From Bacteroidota bacterium (lineage in GTDB: Bacteria; Bacteroidota; Bacteroidia; 2-12-FULL-35-15): a stretch of DNA of 64,000 nt. The position numbers and the translations under genes are program-made. Positions 1 to 7,373 of the stretch are shown here, in pieces. The stretch is taken from contig JAOQAD010000018.1 of assembly GCA_025963775.1 (NCBI GenBank), forward strand, positions 992-64,991, written 5' to 3'. Under the pieces are notes generated by a model, which was not told the DNA's origin, searched no databases, and saw only the letters and a program-made list of their open reading frames with translations. The first letter of the stretch is position 1. The number at the start of each line of letters is the position of its first letter.

Positions 1-901
1 GTTAGGAAGGTTTTTGAGTGTTGATCCAATGACATCTTCATATCCATGTCTTTCTCCCTATGCGTATGCGGAAAATGATGTCATTAGATGTGTGGACTTG
101 GATGGATTAGAAAAAGACGTCAAGGTTTATTATTCAAATGCGAAAAATGCTCAATTAGCTAAATTGGATGCAGGTGATCTTGATTGGATTGTTGCTAAAA
201 ATATTATTGCATATACTAAATGGCCTGATAATGGGATATTTCAAATTTATCATTTAAAAAGTGGAAGTTATGCTACTTATTCTTACACATATAATGGTAA
301 AACATATACTTCGACAATTACTGGGATTGATAAGGCGTATGAAAATGCTCAACAACAGAAGAATGCAGAAATTTTACGTACTGAAAAATTCATTGAAGGC
401 GTAAAAACCTTAGGGTTGCTTTTTACAACAGAATTTGTAATGCCAAAGGTATTACCTGCAGGCAAATCATCTGCTTCAATGACAGCCAAAGCAGAAGTAC
501 AAGCAGTTGAACAAGCTACTTCAAAGGCGACACAAGGGATATTAAGTGCCGAAATTAAATCTGCATCAGGTATTATTGATGCGACTGTTCAGGAAGAAGG
601 GGCCTTTCTGAGCGGATCGTTTAAATCGGTAAATGGACATGAATTAGAATTTATTACAAATAAGGTGGCTGAGGGAAAGACTTTAAAACTTACGGATATT
701 GTTTTATACCCTAAAGGAGTATCAGGGAATGAACTAAAAAATGAATTCGGGCCTAGGCAAATGACAGAGATATTAAATATATTTAAAAATTTTGCTAAAG
801 AAAAAGGGTTTACTAAGTTAGAGGTTAAGTTTATGCGGGCAGAGAATAGTTCTTCTGCAAAACCGGGAAAAATTGTTACAAAAGTCTTCGATTTAAAATA
901 A
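1..901 (+). CDS. RHS/YD-repeat polymorphic toxin, 3' end only (gene enters from the left edge): RHS-core terminus plus variable C-terminal toxin tip
   Basis: The frame of ORF 14..901 stays open back to nt 2. The translation LGRFLSVDPMTSSYPCLSPYAYAENDVIRCVDLDGLE fits the RHS-associated core end motif (GRFxSxDP ... PYxYxxNxxxxxxDxxGL). About 260 aa of unrelated sequence follow it. The region is AT-rich. Confidence 0.75.
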   Translation, partial: LGRFLSVDPMTSSYPCLSPYAYAENDVIRCVDLDGLEKDVKVYYSNAKNAQLAKLDAGDLDWIVAKNIIAYTKWPDNGIFQIYHLKSGSYATYSYTYNGKTYTSTITGIDKAYENAQQQKNAEILRTEKFIEGVKTLGLLFTTEFVMPKVLPAGKSSASMTAKAEVQAVEQATSKATQGILSAEIKSASGIIDATVQEEGAFLSGSFKSVNGHELEFITNKVAEGKTLKLTDIVLYPKGVSGNELKNEFGPRQMTEILNIFKNFAKEKGFTKLEVKFMRAENSSSAKPGKIVTKVFDLK

Positions 902-902
902 T

Positions 903-1166
903 ATGCTAAAGCAAGAATATAAAATTATATTTCGAAAATACTTTAGAGGTCGTTTCGAAGATTTAGAAGAGATTTTTGAGATTTTAAAAAGTAATGGAGC
1001 TTCAATGGCAGATTGTGTGAAAATTTTGATTTTTGAACTGGATTTGCCACTTAAAACTGCAGATGAAATTGTAATTAATTCTAAAGTTTGGGGTCATTTG
1101 AAGAAAGATACAAAAGAGTTGAGAGATGTTTTTTATTTAAGCATTAAAGGTAGGAATAAGGAGTAA
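903..1166 (+). CDS. small protein immediately downstream of the toxin tip; putative cognate immunity protein
   Basis: 87-aa ORF starting 1 nt after the toxin stop, on the same strand. The call rests on position only; no motif was recognised. Confidence 0.45.
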   Translation: MLKQEYKIIFRKYFRGRFEDLEEIFEILKSNGASMADCVKILIFELDLPLKTADEIVINSKVWGHLKKDTKELRDVFYLSIKGRNKE

Positions 1167-1220
1167 CTTGCGATCGCGACCTTGTTCTCTTGCATCTTAA
1201 AACCTAAGCGAAAAGTACGT

Positions 1221-1486
1221 CCAATAGCCCCGTCTTTTAAGGCGGGGTAAAAGGAGTAACCTTCCGCAAGCCGGCCTTCTGGTTTGCAAGTGAAGGTGCT
1301 TGCGGAAGGTTACGAGTTTTTGGTATGAAGTTACGAACGATTTTTTTGAAAATGAATTTCTTTTTGCACAAAGAATAAACAGAACCTCTGATTTTTATCA
1401 GAGGTTTTTTGTTTTTTGAGTTGCTTGATTTTTTAGAATTATACTTAGGTTTTTTAGCCCCGATTGCAGCGAAAAGCGGGTGAATG
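1221..1486. repeat. cassette-spacer repeat, copy A
   Basis: Shares three blocks with 3253..3507: aatagcccc..gggg(t/a)aa hairpin, tggtatga..acgaacg, and gaatttctttttgca(c/t)aaagaataaa..cctctgat..atcagagg..tagaattatactta..ttagccccgattgcagcgaaaa..gcgggtgaatg. It shares the first two blocks with 2740..2818. Confidence 0.8.
1385..1412 (+). terminator. intrinsic terminator inside spacer repeat A
   Basis: cctctgat-tttt-atcagagg stem followed by a T-run. Confidence 0.6.
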
Positions 1487-1590
1487 ATCCCGCCGGAGTT
1501 AAATGTTTTGCTCCAATTCAATAAAAAGACACAAGCGGAAGTTCAAAGAAAAATCTTAAATTTGATTATGATGCCGCTACAGAAAATGTT

Positions 1591-2208
1591 ATGATAATAC
1601 ATCATTATTCAACAGGTGCAATAAAAACAACTTTTTCGTCTAAATTAAATGAGCAACAACAACAGGTTGCAGATAATAACGTTGTTTTTTCAGAAAAAAT
1701 TGGAGAATCTGATGCTCTGCCAGGAGATTACAGCTTTAATAATGGGGGATATACAAGTGAACCATTTAAAAAAGGTGTAGTAAAGCGATCAATAAAATCA
1801 TTTGATATGACTCCTGAATTTGGAGGCAAAAAGGTAACATCAGGAGTTCTTTTTTCTGGTAATAAAGCATTAGCTGGTTATTATGCGGCTCCGGGTAATA
1901 TTCCACAGGCTGGTCAATTAGGTAGTGATTTAAAAAAGTTTGTTGCTGGATTGACAGCAGCAATTAATAAAACAGACGATATTAAAAGTCTAACAATTTC
2001 AATAAATCAGACTTTGGGAATCGGAGTTAGCAAAGCAGGAGAAGATATAATGCGGGCGCAACTAAATATAGTTATGCAAAACGTAGTTTCGGAACTTAAA
2101 TCTAATGGATTGAATAAAGATATTAAAATACAAATGGGTGAAGTTAATATTGAAAGAACAGAAAAGCCTGCTGCTAAGAATGGTGGGGTTAACATTAAAA
2201 CAAAGTAG
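1591..2208 (+). CDS. hypothetical protein; possible orphan toxin module
   Basis: 205-aa ORF followed 1 nt later by a lipoprotein with an immunity-like repeat. No RHS core remnant lies upstream (in-frame stop at 1522..1524). Confidence 0.4.
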   Translation: MIIHHYSTGAIKTTFSSKLNEQQQQVADNNVVFSEKIGESDALPGDYSFNNGGYTSEPFKKGVVKRSIKSFDMTPEFGGKKVTSGVLFSGNKALAGYYAAPGNIPQAGQLGSDLKKFVAGLTAAINKTDDIKSLTISINQTLGIGVSKAGEDIMRAQLNIVMQNVVSELKSNGLNKDIKIQMGEVNIERTEKPAAKNGGVNIKTK

Positions 2209-2209
2209 A

Positions 2210-2671
2210 ATGAAATACATTTTTAATTTATTATTTATTTTATTGTTTTCTTTTTCATGTAAGACAAATAAGAATTTACAAAAAGAAAAAAGTACCAATT
2301 GCTCAAATTCTATTTATATAGACGAATATGGAAGATATTTTAAATTGTCCGTATCTACGGATACCATTATAGTAAATCCAACTGATAAACAATATGCTAA
2401 GATTGTTTTATTTGATTGTAAAGGAGCAATGTTTTTTGAAGGTTACAAGGATAGCTTGCTTTATGTTAAAGGAAGTTATCTTTCAGCAAAAGAAGTTACA
2501 ATTAATAATGTAACTCAAGAAAATGTCTTGAATCCTGGAGAAATGAAACAAGGTAAAGAGGAGGTGTACGATCCATTAAGAAATGGAGAATGGAAGTACT
2601 ATGAAAAAGGGGAATTATCTGTAGTGAAAACATATATTGATGGGAATCTTGTGAAAACCTCAAAAGAGTAA
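2210..2671 (+). CDS. lipoprotein with a MORN-like repeat (YwqK-type immunity/antitoxin-like)
   Basis: Internal ATG at 2210 gives MKYIFNLLFILLFSFSC (lipobox). The C-terminal NGEWKYYEKGELSVVKTYIDGNL resembles the MORN-variant repeat of YwqK-family immunity proteins. Confidence 0.5.
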   Translation: MKYIFNLLFILLFSFSCKTNKNLQKEKSTNCSNSIYIDEYGRYFKLSVSTDTIIVNPTDKQYAKIVLFDCKGAMFFEGYKDSLLYVKGSYLSAKEVTINNVTQENVLNPGEMKQGKEEVYDPLRNGEWKYYEKGELSVVKTYIDGNLVKTSKE

Positions 2672-2739
2672 CTTAATGTGTTAGAGTTATTTAGTTTGAA
2701 GTAGTTTGCTTAAGTTTTTAACTTAAGTTTTTAACCGAG

Positions 2740-2818
2740 AATAAGTGAAAATGTAACAGCTAGCTTTAATAGCCCCGGGTTTTAGCCCGGGGTAAATGGT
2801 ATGAAGGTACGAACGAAA
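2740..2818. repeat. cassette-spacer repeat, partial copy B
   Basis: aataagtgaaaatgtaacagctagctttaatagccccgggttttagcccggggtaaatggtatgaaggtacgaacgaaa aligns with 3253..3335 and with parts of 1221..1345. Confidence 0.7.
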
Positions 2819-2883
2819 TTTAATCGTACTTATAAAAGACTCGGATCAACATCAAAACCTGGTTCTAGAGGTAATTAAGCAAA

Positions 2884-3228
2884 ATGACAATAGAAAAGGC
2901 TAAATATATATTAAGTTTTTATGATTATTTATTTCCAGTAGAATATAAAAATGAGCTCTCGCGGTTTCATGATGTTAATAATTATTCTTCTTTTACTATT
3001 GGAGAAACAAATGATGACTATTTACAAAAAGCAAGATTACATTACCAGTTAACTAAATTAGATATGGAAAAATATTCACACGAAAAGTATGATGACTGTT
3101 TAATAAAGATGGCGGAAATTATTTTAGAGAAAAATAAAGAAATTATTAAATTTAATTTATGCCCCATTTGTGGTGCTTTAGCAAGAACGCCACTAGCTAA
3201 GCAAGCCCCTTGTGGACATCGGTGGTAA
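2884..3228 (+). CDS. hypothetical protein with a C-terminal CPICG..CGH zinc-ribbon-like motif; orphan cassette member
   Basis: 114-aa ORF flanked on both sides by the spacer repeat. Function unknown. Confidence 0.4.
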   Translation: MTIEKAKYILSFYDYLFPVEYKNELSRFHDVNNYSSFTIGETNDDYLQKARLHYQLTKLDMEKYSHEKYDDCLIKMAEIILEKNKEIIKFNLCPICGALARTPLAKQAPCGHRW

Positions 3229-3252
3229 AAGGAGTAACTTTTGTTTAGGTAA

Positions 3253-3507
3253 GAATAAGTATGAATGTAACACCCAGCTTTAATAGCCCCAGGTTTAGCC
3301 CGGGATAAATGGTATGATTTGCGGACGGAATTTTCAAAAATGAATTTCTTTTTGCATAAAGAATAAAAAGAAGCCTCTGATGAAAATCAGAGGTTTTTGA
3401 GTTGTTTGACTTTTTAGAATTATACTTATCCTTTTTAGCCCCGATTGCAGCGAAAATCCTTTGCCGCTTTTTCAGTGGGAAAGATTACAGCGAAAAGCGG
3501 GTGAATG
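3253..3507. repeat. cassette-spacer repeat, copy C
   Basis: Collinear with copy A. It has an extra internal duplication of the gatt(g/a)cagcgaaaa unit. Confidence 0.8.
3374..3398 (+). terminator. intrinsic terminator inside spacer repeat C
   Basis: cctctgat-gaaa-atcagagg stem plus ttttt. Confidence 0.6.
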
Positions 3508-3614
3508 TTTTCTGATGCAGCCTGATGCTTCTGCTCCAAATAAAAAATTAATTTCTTTTTAAAGGAATATTAGCTATCTCCCTTGATACCCGGCTGCCGG
3601 AAATAAATCTTCTG

Positions 3615-4271
3615 CTACTCCAGCAAATTATTCTTCACCGCATACATAATGATCCCAACCGCATTCCTTGCGTTGATCTTCTTTAAAATATTTTCGCGGT
3701 GCCGGTCAACCGTGCGGATGTTGATGAACAGCTTTTCCGCGATCTCCGAATTCTTGTATTCCTGGCTCAGTAGCCTGATCACCTGGATCTCCCGCTCCGA
3801 GAGGTTTACCGTCTTAAAGCTGGGCTTGATCTTGTTGCTCTTCACCAGGCCGCTCACCATGATCTTTGATACCCGGTCATTAAAATAATAGCCGTTATCC
3901 CTTACCGAATAAATGGCTTCACGGATGATCTCGATGGTCGTGTCCTTCAGCAGGAAGCCATGCGCCCCTTTTTCGATCAGGTGCAGCACCATCATGTCGG
4001 CGCTGTGCATGGTCAGCACCATGATCTTTACCTCCGGGAACTGCATTTTCAGGAGCTCTGTGGTTTTGATGCCATCCATGCCGGGCATGTCAAGGTCGAG
4101 CAGGATCACATCCGGCTTTGCCTTTTCCAGCTGCTCGAGCAGCTCTTTTCCATTGCCGGCTTCAAAGATCACTTTGATGTCGGGGAACTCTTTTAAAAGT
4201 GAGATGAGGCCTTTACGGAACAGGGGCTGATCATCAACGACCGCCAGCTTAACTGATTTCTTCATAGGCAA
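3615..4271 (-). CDS. NarL/FixJ-family response regulator (receiver + LuxR/GerE HTH)
   Basis: N-terminal receiver motifs (LAVVDDQPL, DLDMPGMDG). C-terminal LSEREIQVIRLLSQEYKNSEIAEKLFINIRTVDRHRENILKKI. Confidence 0.9.
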   Translation of the reverse strand: MPMKKSVKLAVVDDQPLFRKGLISLLKEFPDIKVIFEAGNGKELLEQLEKAKPDVILLDLDMPGMDGIKTTELLKMQFPEVKIMVLTMHSADMMVLHLIEKGAHGFLLKDTTIEIIREAIYSVRDNGYYFNDRVSKIMVSGLVKSNKIKPSFKTVNLSEREIQVIRLLSQEYKNSEIAEKLFINIRTVDRHRENILKKINARNAVGIIMYAVKNNLLE

Positions 4272-5061
4272 TTGGAATTCGGATGTTTATACTGGATTCC
4301 TCCGTGGGACTGCTGGAATACATGATCGAGCCATTCATGAGCTCCACCCTGCTCAGGATGCTTCTCAGGCCAATGCCATCCTCTGTTTTTGAAAGGGATT
4401 CCATCTTTTCATGCGTGATCCCGGTGCCGTTATGCGCGATCGTAATCCCAAGCACGAGGCTGGCAGGCTCGCTGATCGTGAGCTCCAGCTCACTGGCCTC
4501 AGCATGCTTGATGATGTTGTTGAGGATTTCCTGCACAATCCGGAACAGCTGCAGCTCGAACATGGAGCCCAGCACAACCTCTTCCTTGTCAAGGTTCACG
4601 CGGATGCCCAGCTGCTGGCTTTCGCCGATCTGACGGCAATATTCCACCAGCGCCTTCTCAAAGCCCAGCCGGATCAATGATGCAGGCATCAGGTCGTGGC
4701 AGATGCCCCGCGTGTTCTTGATGGATTCATCGACCAGCAGAAGCGAATCTTTGATCAGGTCTTCGGATGGCCTCTTTTCCAATTGGTTTTTCAGGACTTT
4801 CGAGAAGTTAAGGCGGATGATCCCGAGAATGGAACCGATATCGTCGTGCACATTCTTTGCAATGCGCTCGCGTTCCTTCTCCACCATCGGGATCATCAGG
4901 TTGATCAGCGCCTTGTGCTCCTTCAGGATCTCTGCGCATCGTTTGCGTTCCGCCGCCAGTGACCTCCTGTAGTAAAAGATGATCAAAACAAGAATGGCAA
5001 ACAGTGGCAGAATGCCCCAGCTAAATAAAAATACCCATTTCGAAATCAGATGCTCTGTCAT
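4249..5061 (-). CDS. HisKA_3-type sensor histidine kinase with one N-terminal TM segment and no obvious external sensor domain
   Basis: H-box RERIAKNVHDDIGS, N-box QEILNNIIKHA, G-box HNGTGI..GIGLRSI. Overlaps the regulator gene by 23 nt. Confidence 0.85.
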   Translation of the reverse strand: MTEHLISKWVFLFSWGILPLFAILVLIIFYYRRSLAAERKRCAEILKEHKALINLMIPMVEKERERIAKNVHDDIGSILGIIRLNFSKVLKNQLEKRPSEDLIKDSLLLVDESIKNTRGICHDLMPASLIRLGFEKALVEYCRQIGESQQLGIRVNLDKEEVVLGSMFELQLFRIVQEILNNIIKHAEASELELTISEPASLVLGITIAHNGTGITHEKMESLSKTEDGIGLRSILSRVELMNGSIMYSSSPTEESSINIRIPIAYEEIS

Positions 5062-5280
5062 AATAATCGATCATTTTCTCTACCCAATACGATAAAAACT
5101 GCTGAATCTGTTGAAATCAGCGATCCTCCGTTTTATTTTGCTTCATCACTAAAATAATTATTTAGCTGCTGCCAAACAACCGGAAAAACACTAAAATTTA
5201 AAAATGGGTAAAAATACCCATTGCCGTTTCAACTGATTTTAAAGGGCTGGACGTATTTATAATTGTTTTTCATTGCCATA

Positions 5281-5583
5281 TTACAGGCGCATGTCCTCAT
5301 GAACGATAATATTGGTGCCGTCGGTGTAAACCGTGGTAAAATAATGTTCGCTGCCCTTGGAGGTGTTGCAGGTCCAGTTGTTTCCGCTCTGGGCAGGCGT
5401 GGTTTCCACCGTCAGCCCCTCATCTTCCAGGTATTTTGAAATCTCTCCCTGGCTCAGTCCTGTGACCAAGAGAATATTATCACTAAATTTGTTAAAAGGG
5501 CAAAGTGCCGTTGCCTGGATGAGGCTGTTGCTCACTGAGCCCCACGATAATAGCATTATAGCAAGAGTTTTTTTTGTGTTCAT
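5281..5583 (-). CDS. small secreted hypothetical protein
   Basis: Internal ATG at 5583 gives MNTKKTLAIMLLSWGSVSNSLIQA, which is signal-peptide-like. The upstream extension of the ORF is probably not translated. Confidence 0.5.
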   Translation of the reverse strand: MNTKKTLAIMLLSWGSVSNSLIQATALCPFNKFSDNILLVTGLSQGEISKYLEDEGLTVETTPAQSGNNWTCNTSKGSEHYFTTVYTDGTNIIVHEDMRL

Positions 5584-5640
5584 ACGGAGTAGTTTTGAAT
5601 TGTTCGTTACAAAACAACCCTTCCGGGCAAGGAATTCACA

Positions 5641-5668
5641 GGACACTTTTTGAGCTCTGTGACATTTT
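5641..5668 (-). promoter_or_regulatory. conserved box ATGTCAC-N12-GTGTCC (gene sense), instance 1
   Basis: Plus strand ggacactttttgagctctgtgacatttt, identical at 26 of 28 positions to 31364..31391. Lies 57 nt upstream of the ATG at 5583. Confidence 0.55.
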
Positions 5669-5690
5669 TTTTATCTATTGAACTAAGTTT

Positions 5691-6233
5691 ATGGTGGAAT
5701 TATTTTCATTGATCAGGGGCCTGAATGGAGAAGAATGCCAGTTGCTGAAAAACTCTTTCAGGCGGTATAAAGGGGATTCCAGCTCTTCTTTAATGGGAAA
5801 GTTGTTTGATACCATCCGGCTTCGGCCGGGCAATTCCCTTTCCGACCTTCAGCTTTCACAGGCGCTTTACAGGAAAAAAAAGGATGTAGCCGTCGGGAAG
5901 CTGAAATCACGCCTGTTCCAGCATATCCTCGAAACGCTCGGTGCGGAAAGCACCCTGCTGAAGGATGACCTCTTCGACCTCAGCGACAGGCAGGAGCTCC
6001 GCGTCCGCAAGAAAATATACCAGTTCCGCGTGCTGTACCGCAAAAAGAACCGCGCCGATTATGTCACACTGATGCACCTGCTCAACGAAGTGATCAAGGA
6101 AGCAAAGGAGTATGAGCTGTATGACGTGCTGCTGGAAGCGCTCAGGCACAAGATGCTGATCCTGCGGCTGCGAAAGGGCTTTAAGGAAGTGGTGGAGATC
6201 GAGAAGCAGATCGCGCATTATACTGCAGCATAG
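5691..6233 (+). CDS. hypothetical helical protein, N-terminal part of an ORF interrupted by an in-frame TAG
   Basis: 180-aa ORF ending at TAG 6231..6233. The same frame continues without any further stop into ORF 6282..7214. Confidence 0.55.
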   Translation: MVELFSLIRGLNGEECQLLKNSFRRYKGDSSSSLMGKLFDTIRLRPGNSLSDLQLSQALYRKKKDVAVGKLKSRLFQHILETLGAESTLLKDDLFDLSDRQELRVRKKIYQFRVLYRKKNRADYVTLMHLLNEVIKEAKEYELYDVLLEALRHKMLILRLRKGFKEVVEIEKQIAHYTAA

Positions 6234-6281
6234 ACAGCCCTCTTAAGGACCCATGATATTTATTACGACCTGCTCACCAAC

Positions 6282-7214
6282 ATGAGCCATGTGCAGAATA
6301 AATCCTCAAAGCAGATCAAAGCCTCCTTCCGCGCCAACCTGAAGGAAATAGAAGGTTACATCAAACAGACGGGCTCTGCATTCATCAGCTACATTTACAA
6401 AATGCTCCGCCTCGAAGAGCTGCAGCGCGAAAAAAAACATTCCGATTCCATCGATGTATGCCTCGACCTCATCTCCCTCATCAAAAGCAAGCGCTTTCTT
6501 TACAGGGAAGAACGGATGGGAAATATTTACGATAACATCAGCCAGTGCCAGGTGTACAACGGCGATTTTTCCGAAGCCATCAAATGCGTGCAGAAGGCGC
6601 AGAAATTTTATTCCAAGAACCTGCGCAGCTATATTGCCTCGAAAGAGCAGGAGTTTCACGCTACCTTTTATGCCGGCGATTATAAAAATGCGCTGCTGCT
6701 GATCGAATACATCCTCAACCTTTCACTCGATAACATCGGGGAATTTTCTGCAGACAGGTACCTCTTCCTTAAGTCCTGCGCTTACTTTAAGCTTTCACGC
6801 TTCCGCGATTCCATCAGTATCTGCAATACCGCCCTTGAGCTTACGAAGGACAAAGGCCGCTGGGACCTTGGCATCCGCTACATCCGCATCATGAACATGG
6901 TGGAGCTCAAGGACCTTGACCAGGCCGACCATTCGCTGGAAGCGCTGCGCAAATCGCTCGGGAGGAATTCCAAGAACGATTTTATCTCCGCCCGCGATAA
7001 GGTTATCCTCAAAGCCTTCAGGGAATACTGCAGCTCCGGTTTCAGCCCCAGGCCTTCCGGCTATCTCATAGAGCTGATCCAGCAGCTGTCCGCAGCGGGT
7101 ACAAGCCTTTCATGGGAATATTACAGCCACGAGCTTTTCCCGATCCACGACTGGATCTCTTCACGCCTGGAGTACAGTCCTTCAAAAGTCGCTGCCTACA
7201 AGCGGAAGCGCTGA
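6282..7214 (+). CDS. hypothetical helical (TPR-like) protein, C-terminal part of the interrupted ORF
   Basis: 310-aa ORF in the same frame as 5691..6233. Codons 6234..6281 are open (TALLRTHDIYYDLLTN). Confidence 0.6.
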   Translation: MSHVQNKSSKQIKASFRANLKEIEGYIKQTGSAFISYIYKMLRLEELQREKKHSDSIDVCLDLISLIKSKRFLYREERMGNIYDNISQCQVYNGDFSEAIKCVQKAQKFYSKNLRSYIASKEQEFHATFYAGDYKNALLLIEYILNLSLDNIGEFSADRYLFLKSCAYFKLSRFRDSISICNTALELTKDKGRWDLGIRYIRIMNMVELKDLDQADHSLEALRKSLGRNSKNDFISARDKVILKAFREYCSSGFSPRPSGYLIELIQQLSAAGTSLSWEYYSHELFPIHDWISSRLEYSPSKVAAYKRKR

Positions 7215-7373
7215 TCCATTCATCTGCCCGAAAGAATAATGAAATAAATTTTATGGAATTGCGTTGAAAAAGGCGTCTGCTTAAAGAACTGAGCCGGAAC
7301 ATAAAACAGCACTTATACATTTAATCTCCAAATCAGATCCAATTAACTATAATTGCATTAGATAATTCTGCCT

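Noticed and set aside
1237-1521. 94-aa minus-strand ORF in the RHS cassette region.
   Set aside because: It spans the repeated spacer element and its terminator hairpin. The same repeat elsewhere is not kept in frame, so it is a repeat-derived artefact.
5641-5668. Reading the conserved box as a sigma-54 promoter (TGGCAC-N5-TTGC) or a CRP/FNR site (TGTGA-N6-TCACA).
   Set aside because: TGTCAC lacks the GG dinucleotide, and no TTGC follows at the -12 position. The TGTGA half has no inverted partner. The two conserved blocks are direct rather than inverted, so neither known model fits.
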